A stretch of DNA of 64,000 nucleotides from contig JAVBOB010000001.1 in the NCBI GenBank assembly GCA_031551125.1, forward strand, positions 1-64,000. The letters are read 5' to 3'. The stretch comes from Bacteroidales bacterium (GTDB taxonomy: Bacteria; Bacteroidota; Bacteroidia; Bacteroidales; UBA932). Below, piece after piece: positions 1-9,483 of the stretch; position 1 is the stretch's first letter, and each line of letters opens with the position of its first letter. The translations under genes were made by a program, and so were the position numbers. Under the pieces are notes generated by a model. That model had not been told where the DNA came from and did no database searches. It saw nothing but the letters and a program-made list of their open reading frames with translations.

Positions 1-29
1 AATTACAGCACTAAGCGAATGCAAAACGA

Positions 30-135
30 TTAGGTGGCTACTGCGGTGGGGCTCCACCCCTTCCCATTCCGAACAGGGACGTTAAGCCCACCAGCGCCGA
101 TGGTACTGCGCAAGCGGGAGAGTAGGTCGCCGCCT
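30..135 (+). rRNA. rrf: 5S ribosomal RNA (3' end of an rRNA operon)
   Basis: The sequence ...GGTGGCTACTGCGGTGGGGCTCCACCCCTTCCCATTCCGAACAGGGACGTTAAGCCCACCAGCGCCGATGGTACTGCGCAAGCGGGAGAGTAGGTCGCCGCC has the canonical bacterial 5S core (CCGAAC...GTTAAGC...GATGGTACTG...GGGAGAGTAGG) and a Bacteroidetes-like length. Boundaries are +/- a few nt. Confidence 0.72.
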
Positions 136-140
136 CCTTC

Positions 141-178
141 ACGCCCCTCCGGTTCAACCCGGAGGGGCGTTTTGGTTT
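141..178 (+). terminator. Rho-independent terminator of the rRNA operon
   Basis: GC-rich perfect hairpin GCCCCTCCGG-ttcaac-CCGGAGGGGC followed by TTTTGGTTTT. Confidence 0.75.
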
Positions 179-296
179 TATAGCTTTAGGTGATGGCCGC
201 ATACAAAAAGAGGAGTAGCCGTCTCACTTTTGAGACAACTCTCTGTGGAATTACCATCCCGGTTGCATATTAAGCCGGATAGGGGGAACTCTTGAT

Positions 297-343
297 TAAA
301 ACGAGAGGGTAGATAACTATATCTACCCTCTCGTTTTATTTAG
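297..343. terminator. Bidirectional hairpin terminator downstream of the minus-strand CDS 438..1445
   Basis: Hairpin AAAACGAGAGGGTAGATA-actat-ATCTACCCTCTCGTTTT with T-runs on both strands. Confidence 0.5.
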
Positions 344-437
344 GATTAGACCTCGACAAAGGCTATTGGGCTTTAGTCCAACTACTCGCTAAGTGTTACA
401 GGGCTATTTCCCCAAGAAGTCTATTAGTTGGTTTTGT

Positions 438-1445
438 TTACATAAGGCTGATTTCAGCAACCGTAAGCCCGTTGTCGTTTTCCTCGTAGCGTACCATTAG
501 CGTTTTCTTTGATTTTAGCGGCGTAACAGGGTCTATGCTTCTAATGGTTGCCCTGTTCCATGTGGGGTCAGCCCGTTCTTTGCGGTAGTGCATGCTTACG
601 TCAAAGTTCAGCTCTTCTCCCGTTTCCCAGTACGGACACTTCTTCCAGCCGTTATCGCTTACGCTTTGGGGCGCTTTGCCTCCTACCTCTGGCGCTGGTA
701 TCAGGTCTTCACCGTTAATGGATATGGCGGGACGAATAAAGGCAAGGCAAACATCGGCACGGAACGATGAGTAGCGGTAAGTTCCGCTGCTATCCTCAGA
801 ATCGGTTTCGTGCTTAGTAACCTTGAACGATACAACTTTTTGCAAGCCATCTTCTGCCAAATATGCCGCCAGCGCTTCTTCTGCATGCTTCTCTGTAGGC
901 ACAGGTATGCTTATGGTAGCCTTATCGGAATGGCTTTTAATGATAAGGTTTCCGTTTACGGTGAACATGAGGTATTCTGATGGTTTTGGCTCTCCCGTCA
1001 CGGTAGCGTTAAGCGTTGCTTCCATTCCCGCCTCGCGGTACCAGTAGCCTCCCAGGGCTATCCAACCTTCGTTTGCTTTGTAGATGTAGGCCGCTCCTGT
1101 GAACGGAATTTCTGTTCCGCACTTCCAAATCTGGTACACGCGGCTACGGTCTATCTTTCCCTTAAGTGATTCTTCAGTCGGTATATCGGTAAAGCGCACC
1201 AAATCGACTATCGATTCTATTTTTGCGCTGTTCTCTGTCCACACCGCAGCATCTTTTGTAAGTCGTGCAACTCCTTCATAGCGTACCTCTACCACATCGC
1301 TGTCGGAGTGAGAAATGTTACCGGTTACGTTTATTGCTGCCAGCTCTGCAAAGCTTTTACTCTCACGTTCCACTTGGCGGAAAATAACTTGGCGGGTTGC
1401 ATCCAGTATATCTTTTGGACTTAGATTCTTAGTCATAGCATTCAC
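438..1445 (-). CDS. hypothetical protein (335 aa)
   Basis: Long ORF with no recognisable motifs. Its start overlaps the stop of the downstream gene by 4 nt (ATGA), which suggests operonic coupling with the island genes. Confidence 0.5.
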   Translation of the reverse strand: MNAMTKNLSPKDILDATRQVIFRQVERESKSFAELAAINVTGNISHSDSDVVEVRYEGVARLTKDAAVWTENSAKIESIVDLVRFTDIPTEESLKGKIDRSRVYQIWKCGTEIPFTGAAYIYKANEGWIALGGYWYREAGMEATLNATVTGEPKPSEYLMFTVNGNLIIKSHSDKATISIPVPTEKHAEEALAAYLAEDGLQKVVSFKVTKHETDSEDSSGTYRYSSFRADVCLAFIRPAISINGEDLIPAPEVGGKAPQSVSDNGWKKCPYWETGEELNFDVSMHYRKERADPTWNRATIRSIDPVTPLKSKKTLMVRYEENDNGLTVAEISLM

Positions 1446-2110
1446 TTTTTAAGTACGCTCTTACCTTCGCGCAGCAAATCTTTAAATTCGGACTCTTCAA
1501 TAATTCCTTCTTCTTCGGGGAAGCAAATGGGGTCGATAGCTTTAGCTACTGCATCGTAATCGGCCTCGTCAAGGTCAACATCAAATTCAAAATCTCTACT
1601 ATCGGCAATAATAAAGGCTTCGGGACGGCCGGCAAACTCCATACCGAAATAGGTGGTGCAAAGCATTACCTGTGCTTTTGTGTTGCCCAATACGGTCAGC
1701 ATTCCGCCGTTATCTCCGCGTGAGCCTACAATGCCATTGCCGGCAATCAGGTCGCCCAGTACAACCACTTCGGGGCAACCGGACATAAAGAGGTTGCGCA
1801 CATGCAAATTGCCTGTTACAAACAGAAACGAGCCGCTGCCCCATTCTGCCCAGTCAATATCCTCATCAACCGTCAAATTACCATCAACAATCAGGTTGAA
1901 GGGACACCAGTCCTGTTTGCTTACCACTAAGTTTTTAATGTGGCAATTGCCCTCAATGAGGCGGGTTGCCTGCTTGCCTGCAAAACGGGTGAACGGAAAG
2001 TTTACCTTGTCGGAAATGTTGTATTGGCTGTCCGCTTCGGCAGTATCAACGGCTTTTGCGTACTGCTCAATGTTTGCTTCGTCTAGTATTAAATTCTTGT
2101 CTGTTGTCAT
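1442..2110 (-). CDS. paralog 1 of a beta-solenoid-like repeat-domain family (222 aa), uncharacterised
   Basis: Shares the motif block NLIVDGNLTVD..DW...GSFLFVTGNLHVRNL..GC.EV.V.G.....NGI.G..GDNGG.LTV.GNTKA with ORFs 2137..2841, 8017..9348, 9484..10200 and 10965..14135. Acidic C-terminal tail. Confidence 0.6.
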   Translation of the reverse strand: MTTDKNLILDEANIEQYAKAVDTAEADSQYNISDKVNFPFTRFAGKQATRLIEGNCHIKNLVVSKQDWCPFNLIVDGNLTVDEDIDWAEWGSGSFLFVTGNLHVRNLFMSGCPEVVVLGDLIAGNGIVGSRGDNGGMLTVLGNTKAQVMLCTTYFGMEFAGRPEAFIIADSRDFEFDVDLDEADYDAVAKAIDPICFPEEEGIIEESEFKDLLREGKSVLKK

Positions 2111-2136
2111 AGTATTTAATTTTTAGTGTTGTTATT

Positions 2137-2841
2137 TTATTTTCTCAAAAATGGAGTACCCGCTTTAATAGCCTTGCATACTGCGCTCTCGTTTACACCA
2201 CCTTCTTTTGAAAGATATTTGAGAAGTAAAATTTCTTTGCAGTTGGGTGGTAAATCGACCTCTTCATCATCGTCATACTCGTCGTAGTTGGCTTGATAGT
2301 CGGCTTCATACTCATAGTCTCCTTCGCTGTCACAAATTACAATTGCTTCAGGTTGTGATGCAAAGTCGGTTTCGAAGTAAGTGGTTAAAATTACAGAATG
2401 TGCTTTAGTGGTACCACCTACAGTAAGGCGACCGCCATCTTCTCCTGAGTGACATAGTATGCAATTTTCTACCTCAACATTGCTATCTATGGTTACTTCG
2501 CAACAACCTTCCAGTATTATGTTTTGGGCTTTCAGATTGCCTTTTACCAGCACATAGCTATCGTTTAGTCCATTGCTCCAATCCATAATGCCATCAATAA
2601 TCAAATCGCCCAGAACAATAAGTTTGTATTGTGCAATATCTGACTTTTCACCGCCTTTCAACGCGCTTATATGCAAGTTGCCCTTGTATAAGCCTACGGG
2701 CGATATTTCCTCATCGTCGTCATAGCCAGCATGTAATTCCGGCGCACTGTATAGCTTCTCAGCATCATCTTGGCTTATTATTGTTAGTATTTCTCTGAAA
2801 TTACTTTCGTTCAGTTCCTGTAGGGTGGCTTTCTTTTTCAT
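2137..2841 (-). CDS. paralog 2 of the beta-solenoid-like domain family (234 aa)
   Basis: KLIVLGDLIIDG..DW....SYVLVKGNLKAQNIILEGCCEVTIDSNVEVENCIL..GEDGGRLTVGGTTKA; acidic D/E/Y-rich C-terminus. Confidence 0.6.
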   Translation of the reverse strand: MKKKATLQELNESNFREILTIISQDDAEKLYSAPELHAGYDDDEEISPVGLYKGNLHISALKGGEKSDIAQYKLIVLGDLIIDGIMDWSNGLNDSYVLVKGNLKAQNIILEGCCEVTIDSNVEVENCILCHSGEDGGRLTVGGTTKAHSVILTTYFETDFASQPEAIVICDSEGDYEYEADYQANYDEYDDDEEVDLPPNCKEILLLKYLSKEGGVNESAVCKAIKAGTPFLRK

Positions 2842-2980
2842 GGTGTTATTTTATTTATTTTGATAAATCTTTTTGTACATTTATTCCCTCACTAAGGGCA
2901 TTGTAAAGCGCGTCATTGTCAATTTTCCATTCGTTATCTTCGATTTCGACAATCTCTTTCGGCCCTATTATAACATAGCT

Positions 2981-3748
2981 TTAATCAAAGTTACCACGGC
3001 TTATTTCGTCGTCAGCGGTTTTGGCAATTTCTTCCAGCCGGGCAAACTCTTCTGCACATTTCTTCATCTCCTCCGATGTATTTGGCGCCTCTAGTAAAAT
3101 ACGGCTGATTTCGTTGGCTGCATGGCGCATTTTTATAAAGCCTTCAGCAATTTGTGATGTAGTCCAAGATCGCTTGCGGAATGAACAGCGGAACTTCCGA
3201 AACCGGAGGTTGTGAATATGCTGTTTGCATTCGGGCGTGTAGTCTTTTCCTTTGGGAGAAAGATTATGAAGCTGCATGGCTATGCGGTTGTAGTCTTCCT
3301 CCAAGTCGGAAATACAATAGGTAAGGTCGCTGAGTGGCGGATATTTCGCTATTTGTTCTGCCAAAACTTTTTCGTCCATTTGGGCATAGGGCGCACCCAT
3401 GATATCGAAAATCCGTTTGCGCTCGGCATACTGTAGCGGTTGGTACGAGCGGTAACGGTAGTCTATCGAAGATAGAAACCGGTGGAAAAGGTAATCCTCA
3501 ATGGTGGTGTATAACGCCCAATAAATGGCCTCTTCCGGATTATCGGTCGAGCGTAGCTCCAATATCTCCGGGCCCCCTCTGCTGTCCGGGTCACTCCTCA
3601 TCAGGCGGTATTTCCCATCTTTGATGATTAGGGTATCAAAATACATAATGGGCTCGCCTATATGCAACGCAGGTGCTCCGGTGGCAAATTCCGGAACTTT
3701 TTGTAGCAGCGCGGCGGCTATATCAATCAACTCTCTTATCGTTAGCAT
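2981..3748 (-). CDS. hypothetical protein (255 aa)
   Basis: ORF in the same-strand island; no recognised domain. Confidence 0.45.
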   Translation of the reverse strand: MLTIRELIDIAAALLQKVPEFATGAPALHIGEPIMYFDTLIIKDGKYRLMRSDPDSRGGPEILELRSTDNPEEAIYWALYTTIEDYLFHRFLSSIDYRYRSYQPLQYAERKRIFDIMGAPYAQMDEKVLAEQIAKYPPLSDLTYCISDLEEDYNRIAMQLHNLSPKGKDYTPECKQHIHNLRFRKFRCSFRKRSWTTSQIAEGFIKMRHAANEISRILLEAPNTSEEMKKCAEEFARLEEIAKTADDEISRGNFD

Positions 3749-3767
3749 GGTACATGGGGTAGGTGAA

Positions 3768-4994
3768 TTAATTTGCTTGAAGAGATTGCATAAATTTGTT
3801 CTTCAATGTTTCGCGAACTTCGGCTACCCGTTCTTTCATTTCTTCCGGAAAATCGTCGGGATTTACGGGGGTAAATGTTGGCGATGCATTAGACTCTTCA
3901 ACACGCTTTAGCTCCACCAACGCTTCATTTATTAAGCCCATGTTGGCAAGCCTAACAGCAATGTAGTACAAGCCCGAAGCATTATCGTCGTCAATCACGC
4001 CATCCATGTAGGCTGCTTTTATTTGCGGGTAGTACTCTTTATGCTCTTTAATGGCAGAAATGAAAACGCCTGCATTATTGCATAGCTGGTCGCAAAAGCG
4101 CTTTCTACGCGCATTGGGAAACAAACGAATGAGGGTTTCAAAAACGGGAAAAGCATCCAGCTCTTTATTCAAGCAGCTGACAATAATATTGCTGGTGTAT
4201 AGTACAAGGTAGTCTGCACCTGTGGTTGATAGCTTATTGCCACTCCTATACAGCTCTTCCAGCTTAGCAATGAAGGCAGGAACGTTGGTAGCTTTTTCAG
4301 CTGCTGAAAACAGCTCGTAAATATCGTCGTCAGTAATTTCTTTGCCTGACGGTTGGGCTACAGGCGCTTTTGCTTCTTGCTTTTTGGGCAGCTGAGCAGC
4401 TACGTTTGGAATAACATTGTCCAAATCCAGATATTCTGCAACGCGCTTTAGGAATAACGAACCGATATTGCAGGCTACGTACTCTTCAATGTCTCCACTT
4501 TCGTGAGATGCTAAACAGAGCATGGGTTCACCCTGTGTGTTTTTTGCTTGTGGGTGATATACCCACCAGTCGGAGTAATCGGTAAGCGGACATTGAATAT
4601 CGCCGGGGTTGGTGAATAGGCTTAGAAAATCGCTATCGCCATCTTCAAACATTTCGGGTTCTAGGCTGCCAAGGTCACCCAGCTCCAGCGCCCAACCACC
4701 ATCATCGGGAAAGGTGATGAACTCGTGCTTTGCCATTATTTTTTTGTATGATGCAGGCCAGCCGGAGAAATCACCGCTTGTTGCTTCACTACAGGCAAGC
4801 TCTTTATCGTCGCCAAAGTGTATGGCTAGCAATTCAGCTTCATCTGACAGCTCGACCGATTTTGCTTGTTTCATAATGGCCTCTAAAACAGGTAAAAATC
4901 CATCCGAATCGGCGAGGTAGGAGAAGTGTTCAACCAGCTCCTTGCTTAAGTCTTTTGCCGCTGAGAGCTGCTTATAGAGTTCCGTATTTGTCAT
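3768..4994 (-). CDS. hypothetical protein (408 aa), possibly with a SUKH/SMI1-KNR4-like region
   Basis: Segment WPASYKKIMAKHEFITFPDDGGW...DWWVYHP...GEPMLCLASHESGD weakly resembles SMI1/KNR4 (SUKH) immunity domains. The assignment is tentative. Confidence 0.45.
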   Translation of the reverse strand: MTNTELYKQLSAAKDLSKELVEHFSYLADSDGFLPVLEAIMKQAKSVELSDEAELLAIHFGDDKELACSEATSGDFSGWPASYKKIMAKHEFITFPDDGGWALELGDLGSLEPEMFEDGDSDFLSLFTNPGDIQCPLTDYSDWWVYHPQAKNTQGEPMLCLASHESGDIEEYVACNIGSLFLKRVAEYLDLDNVIPNVAAQLPKKQEAKAPVAQPSGKEITDDDIYELFSAAEKATNVPAFIAKLEELYRSGNKLSTTGADYLVLYTSNIIVSCLNKELDAFPVFETLIRLFPNARRKRFCDQLCNNAGVFISAIKEHKEYYPQIKAAYMDGVIDDDNASGLYYIAVRLANMGLINEALVELKRVEESNASPTFTPVNPDDFPEEMKERVAEVRETLKNKFMQSLQAN

Positions 4995-5063
4995 AATGGG
5001 TTAAGTTCTTATGTATGTGGCAAATTCTATCGTTGAAAGTTTCACTTGCAATGATGTGGCAGC

Positions 5064-6629
5064 TTACTTTCTCTTACTTTTTACTTGTTCTATTTTTTCT
5101 ATAACATTGTTGGGTAGCAGCGGAGTTAGGCGAGGAAAGAGGTTATCGAACTGAAAATCGTAGTAATCCGTATCGCCCTCTTTTTCGTAGTATTCCACAA
5201 AGCGTTTGTAGGCGCGTTGCTTAAGCTCATCGCTTGGGTTTCGTTCAAGCAGCGATACGAATAGGTTGTGTAGCCCGTCGGCAGCCAACAGCTGCGTATC
5301 GCACTTTTCGAGTAGGTAAATCAGCGCATCGGTGGTAAGCTTGGGAAGGTAGCTATCAATCAGCTGGTCTTGCACGGTGTCTGATTCGGAGCGGTGTCCG
5401 GCATCGTAGTATTCGCCTGCGCGTAAGAAGGCATCAACCAGCTTCAGCTGTGCTTCGGTATGCTTGCGATTAATCAGCTCTCCTGCCGCATCAAGAGCTA
5501 GCTGGTAGTTTGATTCCATTGTAGGGAAGGAGAATTCGAACAGGTGAACCAGCGTATCGAAGGTGAACATTTTTTTGAACAGGTAGAACATATTGTCCAG
5601 CAACTCCACGTCAGCGGGTTCTCCTTCACTGTCCGATTCAATTTCAAAAAAAGTAGAAATAACATTCTTGATTTTTTTTGAAGCCTCGTACAAGTCGTTA
5701 ACCAGCGCTTCTGCCTGCTCAATGGTTTGGGGCTCGCTCAGCTTATTGGCCATTGCTTCTTGTACCTCCGCTTCTTCGAGCGTACTACCGGATATGATGG
5801 CTTTAAACTTTGCTGAACTACGGTAAGTGTTGAAATCGGAATCGCGAAAATCGTAGTCGTGTTTGCCATTTTTTAAAGCAACAATAATGTACTTGTACAT
5901 CAGCTCTTCATTATCACCCTTAGTGGCAAAGTAGCAGGACATGTTGAAAGAAAGAGGCGCCCACTTAATATCTTCAATAGCCATGCCGTAGCTAACGGCT
6001 TGTTGGGTTACTTCAAAACGCCCACACGCCATAGATGCGGCTATAGCCTGTGTTAGCACACGTTCTTGTGTGCGCTTGTCGAGTACAAAGCCGGGGTACA
6101 CGGTAATTATATCGCTACACTCGTTGTAGCGTTTGTTGTTAACCATTTCGAGGTAGTAGTCGGCAAATTTGAAGTCAGGCGCGGGCTCAAACGTGGCAGC
6201 CTTAAGCTCTTCAATAGCCTCTTTCAGCAAACGTTCCGCTTTTTCTTTATCCTCCAACCAGTATGAACCGCGCATACCTATGGTGAGCTTATCAGCCAGC
6301 GTTCTTGCCTCGGTCAGCGCTTCTTTCTCTACGTAGGGCTTAAACCACTTATCGGTAACATTGCCCTGTACAGCGGTTGTAGCAAGCCAGTCAGAAAAAT
6401 CTCTTCCGCCGCTGTCAAACTCCTTAATGCGTTCGGCAGAAAATGTTTTCCAATCTTCCGAACGGATAATGTAGGCTGTCCACTCTACTAAATCATCGCT
6501 ACATGATATGTTGAGATGAGCCTTGAGCATCTTTTTTGTTTGCGCTTTCAGCTCGCTAAAGTTATCGTGATACTTGCGAAGCAGGTTTTTCGCTTCGGTA
6601 AACAGAATAGAGTCAATAGTTGCGGTCAT
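5064..6629 (-). CDS. hypothetical protein (521 aa)
   Basis: Long ORF; no recognised domain. Confidence 0.45.
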   Translation of the reverse strand: MTATIDSILFTEAKNLLRKYHDNFSELKAQTKKMLKAHLNISCSDDLVEWTAYIIRSEDWKTFSAERIKEFDSGGRDFSDWLATTAVQGNVTDKWFKPYVEKEALTEARTLADKLTIGMRGSYWLEDKEKAERLLKEAIEELKAATFEPAPDFKFADYYLEMVNNKRYNECSDIITVYPGFVLDKRTQERVLTQAIAASMACGRFEVTQQAVSYGMAIEDIKWAPLSFNMSCYFATKGDNEELMYKYIIVALKNGKHDYDFRDSDFNTYRSSAKFKAIISGSTLEEAEVQEAMANKLSEPQTIEQAEALVNDLYEASKKIKNVISTFFEIESDSEGEPADVELLDNMFYLFKKMFTFDTLVHLFEFSFPTMESNYQLALDAAGELINRKHTEAQLKLVDAFLRAGEYYDAGHRSESDTVQDQLIDSYLPKLTTDALIYLLEKCDTQLLAADGLHNLFVSLLERNPSDELKQRAYKRFVEYYEKEGDTDYYDFQFDNLFPRLTPLLPNNVIEKIEQVKSKRK

Positions 6630-6686
6630 ATTTGGTTGTTTATGGGTTTTGCTAATGTGTGTTTGCTATATTTTGATCTGTTTTTG

Positions 6687-6842
6687 GGCCCAATTAGGAG
6701 CCACATCTTTGTAGCATGTTTGTTTTATTAAGCATTCGCTCCGTTAGGAGCGACATCTTACGCTCGTTTAAGATGCTGCTCCTAACGGAGCAGAGTTTAC
6801 TATATCATTTTCTTTCTACAAAGATGTTGCTCCTATGGAGCA
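6687..6842. repeat. S-module: nested palindromic repeat built from GCTCC-N-TTAGGAGC / CATCTTTGTAG units
   Basis: Outer arms GGCCCAATTAGGAGCCACATCTTTGTAG ... CTACAAAGATGTTGCTCCTATGGAGC. Inner palindrome CTCCGTTAGGAGCGACATCTT ... AAGATGCTGCTCCTAACGGAG. The same module recurs at 10688..10834, 16273..16446 and 60994..61146. Confidence 0.8.
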
Positions 6843-6849
6843 AATTTGC

Positions 6850-6953
6850 CGTCATTGCGAGCGAAGCGACCCGAAGGGCAGCGTAGCTAACCAATCTGCT
6901 TCAATTTAGGAGATTGCTTCGTGATTCAAAAAGCGAATCACTCACGATGATGG
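6850..6953. repeat. H-module: GTCATTGCGAG...CTCGCAATGAC inverted-repeat hairpin element
   Basis: CGTCATTGCGAGCGAAGCGA...GATTGCTTCGTGATTCAAAAAGCGAATCACTCACGATGATGG; this copy has a degenerate right arm. Homologous copies at 9379..9478 (inverted), 10842..10957, 16173..16257, 56765..56854 and 59326..59410. Confidence 0.8.
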
Positions 6954-7009
6954 TTGTTTTGTAAATATTCACTAGTTAATCAGTAGGTGTACGTTTATAG
7001 CCAAGCAGC

Positions 7010-7999
7010 CTACAGCTCTGGTAGCGGAATGCTGTGCCATTCGTTATTTTCATAGCGGAAAAGTCCGGCTTTGCCTCCCATAAAGTAGAACTTGCCGTTT
7101 ACGTTATGAATACGGCGGTTTTGTGCTATACCTATAGGAGAGCCGATGTCAACAGCTGTATCTCCTTCCAGCAGTACGGCTTTGGCTCCGCTTACTACCG
7201 GTGCGGAAATTTCCAGATATATTTTATCGCCAATGGGTTGTACGTGCCAAATTTCTTCTGTGCGAAGATTTTTGATTTCAATGTTGGTAGTGTTTCCTTG
7301 TGCATCAATTTTTGTTAGCGATTCATCATCGAACAGGTACACGCTATTTTCATGTTCCATATATGCTATATGGTCGTAGCCCGCATCATGAAACTCTTCG
7401 TGCCCAAAGAATTTTTTCCAGCTGTTGCCATCTCCCTCAAAAATACCTTCGTCAGCCAGCAGCAGAATCTTTCCGTCACGAAATGCGATGTCGTTGGTAG
7501 AGCGTATATTGATGTTATTTTTGTATAGAAAATGTTCAGGGTCATGGCTATGCTCTTCAACAGCTTTAAGCAGGTTAGGGCGAACATCTTGCCAGCAACC
7601 GTTATCATACATGTATAGCTGGTGACCAAGTCCGGACAGGTAAGCCTTGTTTTGGTAGGTGAAAGCGGCAGATAGGTAGCCGAGTTTTCCGGGGCCTGTT
7701 CCGGCCGTTTCAATGGCTATTTTCTTTGGCTTTGCTCCGGGCGTTATGATTTGAGTATTTCCCCGTTGAGCGGCAAGTGCAACCGTAGGCTTCCCTTGTG
7801 CATCAAGGAATGCAGTAGATAGCCACATGCCGGTAGCGGCCGGATATACGTCTACAATTTTATCGTTGTTGAAATGAAGCAGGTGATACTTTCCGGCGCA
7901 GGTTGCCAGTACAAAAATATCATCGTTTACATAGCATAACGATTGTAGTATGGTTGCTTTCTTTTTTTCTTTGGGTGCTTCGTCTGATATTTTTTTCAT
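7010..7999 (-). CDS. hypothetical protein (329 aa)
   Basis: ORF in the island; the recurring G/aromatic pattern is beta-rich but I recognise no family. Confidence 0.45.
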   Translation of the reverse strand: MKKISDEAPKEKKKATILQSLCYVNDDIFVLATCAGKYHLLHFNNDKIVDVYPAATGMWLSTAFLDAQGKPTVALAAQRGNTQIITPGAKPKKIAIETAGTGPGKLGYLSAAFTYQNKAYLSGLGHQLYMYDNGCWQDVRPNLLKAVEEHSHDPEHFLYKNNINIRSTNDIAFRDGKILLLADEGIFEGDGNSWKKFFGHEEFHDAGYDHIAYMEHENSVYLFDDESLTKIDAQGNTTNIEIKNLRTEEIWHVQPIGDKIYLEISAPVVSGAKAVLLEGDTAVDIGSPIGIAQNRRIHNVNGKFYFMGGKAGLFRYENNEWHSIPLPEL

Positions 8000-8016
8000 G
8001 AGAGGTTTGTTTTTAT

Positions 8017-9348
8017 TTATAGGTTTTGCAAGTAATCAACTACGCTACTACGCTTCTTTTCTTTAGCAAGATCAAGCGCGTTTTGCCCTTTATCATTTTT
8101 TATACAGGGATCTGCTCCGGCAGCAATCAGCATTTGCACAACTTCTAGGTGTCCTTTTTCTGCCGCCCACTGTATGGCGGTTCCGCCATCGTGGGTTTGC
8201 TCGTTCAACGGACACCCTTTAGCTATAAGCACCTCTACCACGCGGATAAGCCCTGCTTCTGAAGTCATTTGAACAGCCGATTGTTTGTACTTATCTTTTG
8301 CCATTATATCGGCTCCGGCTTCAATCAGCATTAACGATTCCTCTCCTCTGCCCGAGTAGGCGGCCATTATCAACGGAGTAAACTCGTTGTTGTCGGGCGT
8401 GTTGAGGTTAGCGCCTGCTTTAATCAGGGCTTTCAGCGCTTTCTTTTTTCCTAGCCACGCGGCCATAAACAAAGGGGTGCATAACAGCTTATCTCGAACT
8501 TCCATGTCGGCTCCCTTCTCTACCAAAACCGTTATCACATCGGCTTCGTCTCCTTCGGCGGCAAAGTGTAATACGCTTTTCTTTTTTTCGGTGCATACGT
8601 TAACATCGGCTCCGGCAAGGGCAAGTTCGCGCACCAGCTTAAAATTGCCGTTGTCTGCGGCCTTCAGAATATCGCCTTTTACTTGTCCGGTTCTAAAAAT
8701 ATTCCCATTAGCTTTCAACACTTCCGACAATTTATCATAGCTAAGGTTACCACTGTCCTTCAAAACATCGGATGACAGAAGAATGGAGAGTTCTTCAGGT
8801 TTATGGTTAACAGGGAAGTTTACATCGTAGTCATAAGCTACCACCAACGCTTTGGGATGCTGCTTGAAGTTCATGTGAAAGTACAGCTGGTTAATGATAA
8901 TTTTTGCGCTGACTTCACCATCAATTACCAGCTCGCCACCATCATCGCCGTTTGTACCGCAAATGCAATTCTCGATTTCTACATTACCACGCACGTATAT
9001 GTTGGGAGAGCCATGCATGATAAGGTTTTTGGCTTTCAGGTTTCCGGTAACAAAGAGGAACGAACCCAAATCTTCTTCGCGCCAATCAATAAGCCCGTCA
9101 ACCGTAAGATCGCCATCAACTACAAGGTTTGGAGTACAGAACTCGTCATTAAGCCCAATGCTGATACCCGATAGCTCTAGGCTACCCTTGTGAATGAAGG
9201 TTTTCTGTTCAAGGTCTTCATAGCAATCAATAAAGGGGTATCCAACCGATTTGGATATGTTGTATAGCTCTTCCGCTTTTTCAGGTTCTATAAGTTGGGC
9301 AAAGCTTCCACAGCTTTTTCCGGTTAGTATTTTTTCTGCCTTCTTCAT
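8017..9348 (-). CDS. paralog 3: beta-solenoid-like domain fused to C-terminal ankyrin repeats (443 aa)
   Basis: N-terminus carries NLVVDGDLTVDGLIDW...GSFLFVTGNLKAKNLIMHG..IYVRGNVEIENCICGTNGDDGGELVIDG. The C-terminal half has clear ANK repeats (LHFAAEGDEADVITVLVEKGADMEV..., TPLIMAAYSGRGEESLMLIEAGADIMAKD..., TAIQWAAEKGHLEVVQMLIAAGADP). Confidence 0.65.
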   Translation of the reverse strand: MKKAEKILTGKSCGSFAQLIEPEKAEELYNISKSVGYPFIDCYEDLEQKTFIHKGSLELSGISIGLNDEFCTPNLVVDGDLTVDGLIDWREEDLGSFLFVTGNLKAKNLIMHGSPNIYVRGNVEIENCICGTNGDDGGELVIDGEVSAKIIINQLYFHMNFKQHPKALVVAYDYDVNFPVNHKPEELSILLSSDVLKDSGNLSYDKLSEVLKANGNIFRTGQVKGDILKAADNGNFKLVRELALAGADVNVCTEKKKSVLHFAAEGDEADVITVLVEKGADMEVRDKLLCTPLFMAAWLGKKKALKALIKAGANLNTPDNNEFTPLIMAAYSGRGEESLMLIEAGADIMAKDKYKQSAVQMTSEAGLIRVVEVLIAKGCPLNEQTHDGGTAIQWAAEKGHLEVVQMLIAAGADPCIKNDKGQNALDLAKEKKRSSVVDYLQNL

Positions 9349-9378
9349 CTCTTAATATTTCTTTACTGTGAGTCTATA

Positions 9379-9478
9379 CGTCATTGCGAGCAATTCGCTT
9401 TCTGAATCGTGAAGCAACCTCTGGCTATCAAAGATTGGTTAGCTTCGCTGCCCTTCGGGTTGCTTCGGATGCAATGAT
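9379..9478. repeat. H-module copy, inverted orientation, partly degenerate
   Basis: CGTCATTGCGAGCAATTCGCTTTCTGAATCGTGAAGCAA...GATTGGTTAGCTTCGCTGCCCTTCGGGTTGCTTCGGATGCAATGATG aligns to the reverse complement of 6850..6953. Confidence 0.7.
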
Positions 9479-9483
9479 GTGGG

